A stretch of DNA of 64,000 nucleotides from an uncultured Eubacteriales bacterium (GCA_900546695.1 URDX01000001.1:15441-79440), one strand, 5' to 3'. Numbered from the stretch's first letter, positions 34,999-44,604 are shown. Made by a program: numbers and translations. Notes: generated by a model from the letters alone, not told the origin.

Positions 34999-35418
34999 GA
35001 TAAGGTACGAAGCGGAGCGTGTGTGATGCGGCAGGTGCTGCAGCTGTCCGCGGTGCGGCGTACGAACAATCACATAGAAAAAAGGAAGTGAAAAGAATGG
35101 ACGCAGGAGGCAGTCAGCATACCGATCCCGGGCGAAGTAGTGCCATGACCTATGCGACGGCGGCGGAATTCTTTTCACGCCGACTGTACAGACGATAAAT
35201 GCCGCATGCCGATGCGCGGCATCGGCGCAGTGCGCTTGCAGAGCGAGTTATGCCCCCGCGGGCGAGCTATGCCCTGCCCCAGCGATGCGGTTTTTGCGTC
35301 TGCCGTCTTATGCACAAGGTCAATGCACCCTCGCCGAAGCCGAGCCCACGGGCACGGACGCGACGGGCGCTTTTTTTGCGCCGTCCCACAGATTAATAAA
35401 TGAAAGGACGTGTGTGCA

Positions 35419-37011
35419 ATGACAGAGAACGAAAACATGCCGTGCACCGAGGAGGAGCGCCGCGAGAGCGGCACGACCGAGGCTGCGCGTGTCGAGGCTG
35501 CGGGTGCAGATAACGTACATGCAGACAATGCCGCGGCTGACCGTGACGCAGACATACCGAGCGAGGAGCTTGACGCAAAGATAAGCTCGATAGGAATCGA
35601 CTCGGGAGACGAGGACGACGAAACGGTCCTTGACACGATAGACACCATCGAAGAAAAGAAGGACGAGGCGCTTGAGCTCGCTGAGGAAGGCAAGTATGCC
35701 GAGCTGAAGGAGCTGCTTGAGGGGCTTGAGCCCGCCGACATAGCGCAGATAATCTCTGAGGCACCGCGAGACCGCATACCGCTTATCTTCCGCGTGCTGC
35801 CGAAGGACCTTGCAGCGGAATCCTTCACCTTTATGGACGGAGACGAGGAGGAGCTGCTGATAAATGCCTTCTCGGACAGCGAGCTCGAGAACGTCATGAG
35901 CGGAATGTTCCTCGACGATACGGTAGACCTTATCGAGGAGATGCCCGCAAACGTCGTACGCAGGCTGCTGCAGAAGATTCCGCCCGAAAAGCGCAAGCAG
36001 ATAAACGAAATCATGAACTACCCCGACGACAGCGCGGGCAGCATCATGACGATAGAGTATATAGACCTTACAGAGGGGATGACCGTCAGCGATGCGCTGA
36101 AGCGTATCAGACGTACAGGACTGAAAAAAGAGACGGTCTATACCTGCTACGTTCTCGATATGAACCGAAAGCTGCAGGGCGTTGTCACCGCGCTCGACCT
36201 CATGACTGCGGAGAGCGACGACGTTATGATAACCGACATAATGGACACGGCGGTTATCTGCGCGACTACGCACACAGACAAAGAGGACGTAGGTAAGCTC
36301 ATCGAAAAATACGACCTGCTCGCTATCCCGATAGTCGATAAGGAAAATCGTCTCGTCGGTATCGTTACCGTCGACGACGCAATCGACGTCATTCAGGAAG
36401 AGGCGGAAGAGGACTTTGCTAAGATGAACGCTATGGCGCCCATCGAAAAGCCCTATCTTAAAACAAGCGTTTTTGAAATATGGCGCAGCCGTATCGGCTG
36501 GCTGATGCTGCTGATGATATCGGCAACGTTTACGGGTATGATAATCTCGTCGTTTGAGGATGCCCTCGCCGTTCAGGTGACGCTGACCGCGTTTATCCCC
36601 ATGCTTATGGACTCCGGCGGAAACTCAGGCAGTCAGGCTTCCGTTACCGTTATCCGCGCGCTCTCGACAGGTGATGTCGAGTTCGGCGATATATTACGCG
36701 TGATGTGGAAGGAGCTGCGCGTCTCCGTGCTCTGCGGACTCTCTCTCGCGGCGGCGACCTTCGTTAAAATCCTGCTCGTCGACAATCTCATCATGGGCAA
36801 GGGCGTTACCGTGCCCGTCGCGCTCGTCGTATGCATTACACTCTGCTGTACCATCATCATCGCAAAGCTCATAGGCTGTACGCTGCCGATGTTCGCCGAA
36901 AAGATCGGCTTTGACCCCGCAGTTATGGCGAGCCCGTTCATTACGACCATCGTCGACGCGGTCTCGCTGCTCATCTACTTCACCGTAGCTAAGAGCATCC
37001 TCTCGATATAG
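35419..37011 (+). CDS. mgtE: Magnesium transporter MgtE with acidic N-terminal extension
   Basis: It has the MgtE_N domain, CBS pair and C-terminal TM domain (GNSGSQASVTVIRAL). The ATG at 35419 lies 10 nt after AAAGGA. Confidence 0.93.
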   Translation: MTENENMPCTEEERRESGTTEAARVEAAGADNVHADNAAADRDADIPSEELDAKISSIGIDSGDEDDETVLDTIDTIEEKKDEALELAEEGKYAELKELLEGLEPADIAQIISEAPRDRIPLIFRVLPKDLAAESFTFMDGDEEELLINAFSDSELENVMSGMFLDDTVDLIEEMPANVVRRLLQKIPPEKRKQINEIMNYPDDSAGSIMTIEYIDLTEGMTVSDALKRIRRTGLKKETVYTCYVLDMNRKLQGVVTALDLMTAESDDVMITDIMDTAVICATTHTDKEDVGKLIEKYDLLAIPIVDKENRLVGIVTVDDAIDVIQEEAEEDFAKMNAMAPIEKPYLKTSVFEIWRSRIGWLMLLMISATFTGMIISSFEDALAVQVTLTAFIPMLMDSGGNSGSQASVTVIRALSTGDVEFGDILRVMWKELRVSVLCGLSLAAATFVKILLVDNLIMGKGVTVPVALVVCITLCCTIIIAKLIGCTLPMFAEKIGFDPAVMASPFITTIVDAVSLLIYFTVAKSILSI

Positions 37012-37022
37012 CAGCCCGATAT

Positions 37023-37070
37023 CGGCAATACCGTGCCCGCTTCTGCCGCGGGGGTATTGCCGTCACTTTT
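37023..37070 (+). terminator. mgtE terminator
   Basis: The long hairpin is cggcaatacc..cccgc / gcggg..ggtattgccg, followed by tcactttt. Confidence 0.65.
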
Positions 37071-37082
37071 GTGAGGTTATAT

Positions 37083-37847
37083 ATGATACTTACCGTTGAT
37101 ATCGGAAATACAATTATCGCCGTCGGCGGCTTTGAGGACGAACGGCTTGAGTTCGTCGTCCGCCTCGCGACAAACATCAAGGAAACAAGTCACGAATATG
37201 CCGCAAAGCTCGACAGCATTCTGCGGCTCTCGGATACGGAGACCGACTGCGTTTCCGCCGCCGTCGTCTCGTCGGTCGTTCCGCAGCTCAGCGGAGTCAT
37301 ACACGAGGCGCTGCGGATAGCTTTCGGCATTGATGCGCTGTCGGTCGGACCCGGCATCAAGACCGGAATCAATATCCATTGCGACGATCCGTCGTCGGTC
37401 GGCGCAGACCTTATCTGCGTCTCGGTCGCGGCGGCTGAAAAATACGGCAGCCCGTGCCTTATCGTCGATATGGGCACCGCTACAAAGATAATCTACCTCG
37501 GCGTGGGCGGCGTTTTTCAGGGCGTTGCGATACTGCCCGGGGCGGAGATAAGTCTGAGTGCGCTCGCCGACTGCGCGGCACAACTGCCGCACATCGCGCT
37601 CACCGCGCCCGCATCCGCTATCGGCAAGAATACCGTCGACAGCATGCGCTCGGGTGCTGTTTTCGGCGCCGCCGCAGCGGTCGACGGCATGATAGACCGA
37701 TTCTTTTCGGAGATAGGGCGCGAACTGCCTATTATCATTACGGGCGGGCTCGCGCCGACAGTGGCATGCCACTGTCGGCATGAAATGCAGCGAGACGACG
37801 ATCTCGTGCTCATCGGGCTGCAGAAGATATGTAAGAAGAACATGTGA
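37083..37847 (+). CDS. coaX: Type III pantothenate kinase
   Basis: MILTVDIGNTIIAVGGF... matches, along with the later motifs DMGTATK and ITGGLA. Confidence 0.9.
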   Translation: MILTVDIGNTIIAVGGFEDERLEFVVRLATNIKETSHEYAAKLDSILRLSDTETDCVSAAVVSSVVPQLSGVIHEALRIAFGIDALSVGPGIKTGINIHCDDPSSVGADLICVSVAAAEKYGSPCLIVDMGTATKIIYLGVGGVFQGVAILPGAEISLSALADCAAQLPHIALTAPASAIGKNTVDSMRSGAVFGAAAAVDGMIDRFFSEIGRELPIIITGGLAPTVACHCRHEMQRDDDLVLIGLQKICKKNM

Positions 37848-37972
37848 CGGCGCGGCATTACAAATCCTACATTCGGAATGCGGCATTTTAACACGGTATT
37901 ATCCCGCGTTTGCGGGCTGATATAGTATAGCGTTGTATCGCCGTACGGCGAACGACAGCAAGGAGTTTTTTT

Positions 37973-38572
37973 ATGGCAAACCAAAGCAAACAAAGGACAC
38001 AGCATCTCGCTCTCGGCGCGATTCTTACCGCGCTGGTGGCTGTGCTGCAGTTTCTCGGGGCATTCATCCGCTTCGGGACGTTTTCCGTCTCGCTCGTTCT
38101 TATACCGATAGTTATCGGTGCGGCACTGTGCGGATGGAAGGTCGGAGCATGGCTCGGACTCGTTTTCGGTGTCACGGTACTGCTCAGCGGCGACGCTTCC
38201 CTCTTTCTCGCGGTAAGCGTTCCCGGTACGGTCGGAACGGTGCTCATCAAGGGCATCGCGTGCGGCGCGGCAGCCGGCGCGGTCTATAAGCTCTTCGAGC
38301 GCCGCGGGCGCTATCTCGCGGTAGTGTTATCCGCCATCGTCTGCCCCGTCGTGAATACAGGCGTATTTCTCATCGGCTGCGCGATATTCTTCATGGATAC
38401 CCTCGCGGGCTGGTCTCAGGCGCTGGGCTTCGGCACGGATGTGGTAAGGTATATACTGTTCGGGCTTGTGGGAGGAAACTTCCTCTTAGAGCTCGGGACC
38501 AATATTCTGCTCAGTCCGATAATCGTCAGGATAATCGATGCGGCAGCAAAGTCTAAAAAGGTAACCGAATAA
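37973..38572 (+). CDS. ECF transporter S component (possibly pantothenate-specific, by coaX adjacency)
   Basis: It is a 199-aa polytopic membrane protein with the typical ECF-S size and pattern. The specificity is inferred from context only. Confidence 0.6.
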   Translation: MANQSKQRTQHLALGAILTALVAVLQFLGAFIRFGTFSVSLVLIPIVIGAALCGWKVGAWLGLVFGVTVLLSGDASLFLAVSVPGTVGTVLIKGIACGAAAGAVYKLFERRGRYLAVVLSAIVCPVVNTGVFLIGCAIFFMDTLAGWSQALGFGTDVVRYILFGLVGGNFLLELGTNILLSPIIVRIIDAAAKSKKVTE

Positions 38573-38820
38573 GGGTGGCTAAAAAAGCGCGGAACGAAAA
38601 AGTGAATAACATTTGCTTAAACTCAAATGGGTATTTACTCCTTTGTTCTCTGCGGATGAAATCCTATCGGATTTCTTCAAAAGTATTTGAATTCACTTTT
38701 TCTGCGCCCGTTTTCGCCATGCGACGTACACCTGTACGCCTTGCATGACGAAAACGAACACTCCACGCATTTTTATCTTACCCTAATCAGTGGCTGAAAA
38801 GCGCGGAACGCAAAGCGCAC
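38573..38820 (+). repeat. Intergenic hairpin element, copy E1
   Basis: It starts 1 nt after the stop codon with GGGTGGCTAAAAAAGCGCGGAACGAAAAAG. It contains the 22-mer GATGAAATCCTATCGGATTTCT (38655-38676; a 7-bp hairpin) and a long hairpin (38709-38756) with the core CGTACACCTGTACGCC. It is homologous to E2. Confidence 0.75.
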
Positions 38821-38836
38821 ATTCACAAAAAATCTC

Positions 38837-38871
38837 GGGACCGCCGAAAGCACAAGTCTTTCGGCGGTCCC
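38837..38871. terminator. Bidirectional terminator
   Basis: The perfect 14-bp stem is gggaccgccgaaag / ctttcggcggtccc. Confidence 0.7.
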
Positions 38872-38895
38872 GATTCATTTATTATTTACACTGCA

Positions 38896-39903
38896 TCACG
38901 AATAGCGAGCGAGCAGCTTCATCAGTCGGACAAGGTCAACCGTATTCACCGTACCGTCGCATGTGATGTCGGGGTTATATGCGGTCACGCCGCAAGCGTC
39001 GTCGCCGCCCGCAGCAATATATTTCATCAGCCGTATGAGGTCGCGGGTGTCGACTTTTCCGTCGCCGTTCACATCGCCGCGGTCATAGCTCTCCGTATCC
39101 GAAAAGTAAAGGCTGTATTTGCTGAAATCGTTATACGGAGGTATGATATCGTAGACGAATATCACGTCCTTGAGGCAGTTGCCCTCCTGAATTATACCCT
39201 CAAGCGAGAGCGCGTAGTCGTTCGCATAGCCGCTGTCTGACGTTGCGTCGCCGACGGCAAGCCCGTAGTGAAAGCCGCGCGCAAAGACCTTATCGCGCAC
39301 CGATTCCTTCACGGGTATCTCGAACTCGAACACATAGCCGTCGTCTGTGCGGCGGAACGCCCACAGACCGTCCTCTGCATTCTTCTCGAACTCGGGAAAG
39401 CTGTGCCATTTCGCCCAGACCGTCTGACCGAAATTCGGCTCAGCGTACACCGTCGCCATCTTTCCGTCAGCGTCCGCTTGTATCTCAAAGAGCATGCCGT
39501 CAAACTCGAGATATGCCATTACCCCGTCCTGATAATAGGGTCCCCACTGCGTGCGGTCCTTTATCGCGCGCTGAAAATGATAGTCGTCTATCACGCCGAT
39601 ATCGTCGTCGATGACCTTTATCGCAAGATAGATCGAGCTGTCGCTCCAGAGAAAATAGCTCGTAGCTTTGACATCCCAGCCGTATGAATCCTTTCCGTTA
39701 TCGGCATTGTATCTGCCGAGCCCCCAGCAGGACACCCACTCATGTTCAATATGATACGACCACAGATATGCGTCGTCTATCACACCGTCTATCACGGGGG
39801 TGTAGTTCAGCACATCCTCCGACACCGCGCCCGACTGCCATCCGACGGACAGAAGCGAAAAAATGGCGGTGAGCATGAGGACATGTGCAATTATTTTTTT
39901 CAT
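38896..39903 (-). CDS. Secreted dockerin-containing protein with CBM9/DOMON-like N-terminal domain
   Basis: It has a signal peptide. The C-terminus has two dockerin type-I repeats (GDVNGDGKVDTRDLIRLMKYI; DITCDGTVNTVDLVRLMKLL). Confidence 0.8.
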   Translation of the reverse strand: MKKIIAHVLMLTAIFSLLSVGWQSGAVSEDVLNYTPVIDGVIDDAYLWSYHIEHEWVSCWGLGRYNADNGKDSYGWDVKATSYFLWSDSSIYLAIKVIDDDIGVIDDYHFQRAIKDRTQWGPYYQDGVMAYLEFDGMLFEIQADADGKMATVYAEPNFGQTVWAKWHSFPEFEKNAEDGLWAFRRTDDGYVFEFEIPVKESVRDKVFARGFHYGLAVGDATSDSGYANDYALSLEGIIQEGNCLKDVIFVYDIIPPYNDFSKYSLYFSDTESYDRGDVNGDGKVDTRDLIRLMKYIAAGGDDACGVTAYNPDITCDGTVNTVDLVRLMKLLARYS

Positions 39904-40124
39904 TTATTTTCTCCTATTGTTCTTTGCTATACCGAATTATACTGCATGCGGGTGAAAAAGTCAAGCGGCAGCCGGCGTGTTACCATTTCGGAAATTATCA
40001 ACGCTTGTGTCGCTGTTTTTGCGTCAGAGCACGCTTGTTAACAAAATACACCTTTTCTTCTTCACGAAAATCGTATAAAATATACGTACGCTATGAAAGG
40101 ATGCCGCTATGCGGCGCTTATATA

Positions 40125-40694
40125 ATGAAAAACATCGTAAGACGCATCGGATGCCTGCTCGCCGCCGTCTCAGTGACCGCGCTCTCGCTGCTCGCTCTCT
40201 CGGGCTGCGACAAGGAGGATTCGGGATGGTACCCTGCGGGGATGAAGCTCGCTTCCGACGAAAAGGCGGAATACAGGCTGTATGTGCCCGAAAGCTGGAC
40301 GGTCGATATGTCAACGGGCGTGACAAGCGCATACGTCGGCGGAAGCGACTACTCGAATGTCTCGTTTATCGGTATGAATCTTGCCGGCGGCGGCGGGGTA
40401 TACAACGCAGCCGAGTACTGGGAAAAATACAAGACCGACCTTGAAGCTACGCTGACAGACATCAAGTACGACGAGAGCACCGCAGACGGTCAGGCTATGC
40501 TGCTCGACGAGACCGAAGCGCTGAAATACTCCTACACCGCGACCGTTACGGGAACCGAGTATCACTTTATGCATGTGATATGCGTGCGCGAGGGCAACGC
40601 CTATATGCTCACGTACACCGCCGTTCCCGCTTACTACGACCTTCACGCGGAGGATGTGCAGGATATAATCGACAATTTCTCTTGGGTCGACTGA
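40125..40694 (+). CDS. Lipoprotein of unknown function
   Basis: MKNIVRRIGCLLAAVSVTALSLLALSGC carries a lipobox (LSGC). The ORF-track start at 39885 is probably too far upstream. Confidence 0.65.
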   Translation: MKNIVRRIGCLLAAVSVTALSLLALSGCDKEDSGWYPAGMKLASDEKAEYRLYVPESWTVDMSTGVTSAYVGGSDYSNVSFIGMNLAGGGGVYNAAEYWEKYKTDLEATLTDIKYDESTADGQAMLLDETEALKYSYTATVTGTEYHFMHVICVREGNAYMLTYTAVPAYYDLHAEDVQDIIDNFSWVD

Positions 40695-40930
40695 GGGGAG
40701 GCTGAAAAAGCGCAGACCGAAAAAGCTCTCGGGTAGGCTAAAATCGTCCGGACCGAAAAAGCGGATAAAAGTGTTAATTGAACTTTTGTTCAGCGCAAAC
40801 ACATAAAAAGCTGATGAAATCCTATCGGATTTCTCCGAAGAAATGATTATCGGCGTTTTTGCCCCTCGGCGTACACTTGTACGCCGAGGGGCAAAAAACA
40901 CTCACTCAGAAATTTTTTTACCTATCCGCC
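40695..40930 (+). repeat. Intergenic hairpin element, copy E2
   Basis: It starts 1 nt after the stop codon with GGGGAGGCTGAAAAAGCGCAGACCGAAAAAG, a head motif that is duplicated here. The identical 22-mer lies at 40813-40834. A perfect 20-bp hairpin (40856-40897) has the core CGTACACTTGTACGCC. Confidence 0.75.
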
Positions 40931-41034
40931 TAAATCAAACGGAGCTGTTAAAACGGATGCAAGAAACAACCGGACGATTATCGACGGCTGCGTAAAACGA
41001 CCGTTCAATGACCGACGGCTGACCTATCGGCAGA

Positions 41035-42888
41035 TCACTTCTTGAGTCTGACCTCCTCCTCACAGCGGGCGATGAAGTCATCAAGGCTCATCGTCCCGAG
41101 ATCGCCGTCCTTTCTCGAACGTACCGAAATGACCTTTTCGTTCATCTCGTTGTCGCCTATGACTATCATGTACGGTATCTTAGCAAGCTGCGCTTCGCGG
41201 AGCTTGAAGCCGAGCTTTTCGGAGCGGTAGTCACTCTCAACGCGGAAGCCTGCATCACCGAGCATTGCGGCAACCTCCTCACACCAGTCGATATTGCGCT
41301 CGTTTATCGAGATGACCTTCATCTGAGTCGGGTTGAGCCAGAGCGGGAACGCGCCTGCATAGTGCTCGGTAAGAATACCGATAAAGCGCTCGATACTGCC
41401 GAAGATAACGCGGTGTATCATAACGGGGCGGTGACGCTCGTTATCCTGACCGACATACGTCAGGTCGAAGCGCTCGGGCATCTGGAAGTCGAGCTGGATA
41501 GTGCCGCACTGCCATGTTCTGCCGATGGAATCCTCGAGGTGGAAGTCGATCTTAGGTCCGTAGAACGCACCGTCGCCCTCGTTGATGGTATACGGCTTGC
41601 CGTTCTCCTCAAGCGCGCGGCGAAGTGCTGCGGTAGCGGTCTCCCACTGCTCGTCGGAGCCCATGGAATCCTCGGGACGGGTGGAAAGCTCAAGGCTGTA
41701 CTTGAAGCCGAAAACGTTATAGAAGCTGTCTATCATGCGCATTACGCCGAGAATCTCGCTCTCGATCTGGTCGGGAGTCATGAAGATATGCGCATCATCC
41801 TGCGTAAAGCAGCGTACACGCATGAGACCGTGCAGCGCGCCCGAAAGCTCATGACGGTGAACAAGTCCGAGCTCCGCCATGCGCTGCGGCAGATCGCGGT
41901 AGGAATGAATCTTTCTCCTATATACGAGCATTCCGCCGGGGCAGTTCATCGGCTTGATAGCGTAATCCTCACCGTCGATAACGGTGGTATACATGTTGTC
42001 CTTATAGTGATCCCAGTGTCCCGAACGGTGCCACAGCTCCTGATTCAGAATCATAGGAGTTCTTATCTCCTGATAGCCGTTCTTGCGGTGCTCCGCGCGC
42101 CAGAAATCCTCAAGGATATTGCGCAGCACCATGCCTTTGGGCAGGAAGAACGGGAAGCCCGGTCCCTCCTCATAGATATCGAACAGGTCTAGCTCTCTGC
42201 CGAGCTTGCGGTGGTCGCGCTTTTTTGCCTCCTCCATGCGCTCTGTGTATGCGGCAAGCTCGTCCTTCTTCGGGAATGCTATACCGTAGATACGCTGGAG
42301 CATCTTGTTCTTGGAGTCACCCTCCCAGTATGCGCCCGTGCACTGAATAAGCTTAAGAGCCTTGATAGCGCCCGTAGAGAAAAGGTGCGGTCCTGCACAG
42401 AGGTCGACGAAATCGCCCATGCGGTAGAAGGAGATGTCCTCGCCCTCGGGAACTCTGCCGATGAGCAGTACCTTATAGGGCTCGCCTGCCTCCTCCATCA
42501 GCTTTATCGCCTCGTCGCGCGGCAGAACGAAGCGCTCCATCTTTGCGTTTTCCTTGACTATGCGCTGCATCTCGCGCTCGATGAGCGGAAGGGTCTCCTG
42601 CGTGAAGGATACATCGGAATCTATATCATAGTAAAAGCCGTTGTCGATAGAGGGTCCTATGGTGAGCTTAGACTCGGGGTAAAGACGCTTAACGGCTGCA
42701 GCAAGCACGTGCGACGCGGTGTGCCAGAACACGCGCTTGCCCTCTGCGTCCTCGAACGTCAGCGGCTGAACGTCTGCGCCGTCCTCTACCTCGCGTGAAA
42801 GGTCTATGACCTCTCCGTCGACCTTAGCCGCAATCACCTCGCGGGAGATGCGGTCAGATTCCTTTAATACTTCGTATGCGGTTTTCAT
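41035..42888 (-). CDS. thrS: Threonine--tRNA ligase
   Basis: The match to ThrS is full length (WHTASHVLAAAVKRLYP, class II motifs, anticodon-binding C-terminus). Confidence 0.97.
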   Translation of the reverse strand: MKTAYEVLKESDRISREVIAAKVDGEVIDLSREVEDGADVQPLTFEDAEGKRVFWHTASHVLAAAVKRLYPESKLTIGPSIDNGFYYDIDSDVSFTQETLPLIEREMQRIVKENAKMERFVLPRDEAIKLMEEAGEPYKVLLIGRVPEGEDISFYRMGDFVDLCAGPHLFSTGAIKALKLIQCTGAYWEGDSKNKMLQRIYGIAFPKKDELAAYTERMEEAKKRDHRKLGRELDLFDIYEEGPGFPFFLPKGMVLRNILEDFWRAEHRKNGYQEIRTPMILNQELWHRSGHWDHYKDNMYTTVIDGEDYAIKPMNCPGGMLVYRRKIHSYRDLPQRMAELGLVHRHELSGALHGLMRVRCFTQDDAHIFMTPDQIESEILGVMRMIDSFYNVFGFKYSLELSTRPEDSMGSDEQWETATAALRRALEENGKPYTINEGDGAFYGPKIDFHLEDSIGRTWQCGTIQLDFQMPERFDLTYVGQDNERHRPVMIHRVIFGSIERFIGILTEHYAGAFPLWLNPTQMKVISINERNIDWCEEVAAMLGDAGFRVESDYRSEKLGFKLREAQLAKIPYMIVIGDNEMNEKVISVRSRKDGDLGTMSLDDFIARCEEEVRLKK

Positions 42889-43157
42889 TTTTTTCTGCTT
42901 CCTTTCACAATTTAGCTTATCCGTTTATTTCTGCCCGGAAAAACGAAAAAATCCCGGACGACCGTCTGGTCGTTCGGGGTGTGGATGCATCAGCGATCCG
43001 CACGGTTCCACCCGAGCTTTTCACTCATTAATTCGATTTGTAATATCCGCCTTGCGCGGCACGCGGTGGTACCGACAGTCTCCGCGTACGGCGATTCCAG
43101 CATCCGCCGCTCTCTGTTACGCTTTCCGAAAATCGACATGTCCGCATGACCGATTCA
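42889..43157 (-). promoter_or_regulatory. T-box leader (Thr specifier ACC) with terminator
   Basis: On the minus strand there is an AGAGAG stem-I motif and the specifier context GGT-ACC-A. The T-box sequence is AGCTCGGGTGGAACCGTGCGG. The terminator ccccgaacgacc-agac-ggtcgtccggg is followed by atttttt. Confidence 0.85.
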
Positions 43158-43163
43158 ATGCTC

Positions 43164-43192
43164 ATATTAACATTGTTGTGTGTTATTTTGAA
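43164..43192 (-). promoter_or_regulatory. thrS promoter candidate
   Basis: The minus strand reads TTCAAA, a 17-nt spacer, then TGtTAATAT (extended -10). Confidence 0.45.
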
Positions 43193-43273
43193 CATTCGAG
43201 TGTGTGAGAATTCACACAAAGTGCGTAAATAATAACATTTTCGACACTTAGCGCGTGAAATTCCGTCGCTCTC

Positions 43274-43302
43274 TTGACAAAATAACGAAAATATGATATA
43301 CT
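43274..43302 (+). promoter_or_regulatory. Promoter for the 43530 gene
   Basis: It reads TTGACA, a 17-nt spacer, then TATACT. The -10 is embedded in the palindrome ATATACTG-aat-CAGTATAT (43296-43314). Confidence 0.6.
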
Positions 43303-43529
43303 GAATCAGTATATGTTGTCAGAGCATACAAGATGCCCAATATACTTTGCAGTTTGGAGTATATCACAAATCGCCGCGTTTGTCAATAGAAAATTCGCGC
43401 CGTCCGACTGTTTTTTGCGGTCGGTGCCCGAATATGCGGCTACGTGCGTATCTGAGGCGGCTGAATGCCGGACAGCATACCCGAATGATAGCGTCCGCCG
43501 CCGCGGGCGCAGAAGAATGTGAGATTATT

Positions 43530-44543
43530 ATGTCGGAAAAAAAGAGCAACCCCGCACGCCTTGGGGAGCAAAAGTCTCCCGATATGAAGAACCTTAAATA
43601 CAACGACTATACCCGCACGCTGCTCGCGGAGGGTATACGCATCGGCGCGCTGAAAAACAGCGACGCGGAAAAGCTGTCCTCTGCCCTGCTCGCGGTGCTC
43701 ACCGATCTGCTCGCGGACTATCTCGTGCGCGAAGGGATAACCGACGAGCTCGAGTATGGCGCGACAGCTGCAGAGCTCATGCAGTCGCTTATATTCACCA
43801 TAGATACATATCTCATCTCGCTCTCCGATACCGCTCTCGCGCTGAAAAAGCTGAAGGGGGTAAAGGAGGAAAATGTCCGCGAGATGCGTGAGGGCGGTAT
43901 CGCCGCGCTGCGTGTGCTGCAATGCGAGGCACTGTCGCTGCACGTAAAGGCTAAAAGGCTCGTTCCGCCCGTCAAGGCGACCGTCATGCGCGATGCGCTG
44001 CGCAGCTGTCACTCGATGATACTCACATACGACCGCGAGTACATGTCCGCAGCGCTTACGAGCGAGCCCTGCTATCCTCTTGCAGTCCCGTTCGGGCTGT
44101 CGGGCGGCATCAAGTACATACGGCGCTATCTGCGCCAGCTCGCGGACGAGAACCGCTTCTGCAAGGATGTCGGAACCGCCGTCATGCGCCGCTTCGGTAA
44201 GCTGCTGTACGAGCAGAGAGCCGAGGAGGACGGGCGCTTCTGTCAGAATATATACATCCCGACGCTCGTTTCCGCGACGATATGCGCGTATCTGAAAAAG
44301 GAAACAAAGGAGCTTATCCTGACACCCGATGATTGCGAGCTGTTCTGCCGCCTTACAAAATCCTTCTCGGATACTCAGCTCGGCGAGCTGCTTGAGGATG
44401 TCGTATCAAAGCTCCCCGCAGGAAACAGAGAATACAATATGCAGGCTATCTCCCGCATCATGCCCGAGTTTATCACATCCACACGCGCAAAGACGCTCGA
44501 TAAGCTCGCGCTTGTGCAGAGGTGTGAGCCGGTCGATGAGTGA
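43530..44543 (+). CDS. Conserved hypothetical protein (start uncertain)
   Basis: The ORF is open from 43347. The region upstream of the ATG at 43530 (MSEKKSNPARL...) is Arg-rich and looks non-coding. I recognise no motif in it. Confidence 0.5.
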   Translation: MSEKKSNPARLGEQKSPDMKNLKYNDYTRTLLAEGIRIGALKNSDAEKLSSALLAVLTDLLADYLVREGITDELEYGATAAELMQSLIFTIDTYLISLSDTALALKKLKGVKEENVREMREGGIAALRVLQCEALSLHVKAKRLVPPVKATVMRDALRSCHSMILTYDREYMSAALTSEPCYPLAVPFGLSGGIKYIRRYLRQLADENRFCKDVGTAVMRRFGKLLYEQRAEEDGRFCQNIYIPTLVSATICAYLKKETKELILTPDDCELFCRLTKSFSDTQLGELLEDVVSKLPAGNREYNMQAISRIMPEFITSTRAKTLDKLALVQRCEPVDE

Positions 44544-44604
44544 GACCGTCGGTCGGGCTGAGTAAATGAATCAGTCCGTCGACAGACCGAAAAAGCAAAA
44601 AACT

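Noticed and set aside
34825-35178. A 117-aa minus-strand ORF in the divergent intergenic region.
   Set aside because: It has no RBS and spans two promoters. Its composition is biased toward hydrophobic residues and Arg, so it is unlikely to be coding.
34999-35418. An M-box (ykoK) riboswitch call for the mgtE leader.
   Set aside because: It would be expected from context, but I could not locate the conserved M-box sequence blocks by eye. I left it as an unassigned leader pending a covariance-model search.
35175-36273. Two overlapping minus-strand ORFs of 279 and 317 aa.
   Set aside because: They are antisense to mgtE and its leader. Their translations are Ser-rich or low-complexity, and the plus-strand MgtE call is unambiguous.
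41362-42192. A 276-aa plus-strand ORF. Similar antisense ORFs lie at 10931-11932, 37077-37886, 45623-46426, 47200-48123, 51584-52528 and 58539-59432.
   Set aside because: Each lies opposite a confidently identified gene (thrS, murA, coaX, the ABC genes, truB, addA). None has a recognisable motif.
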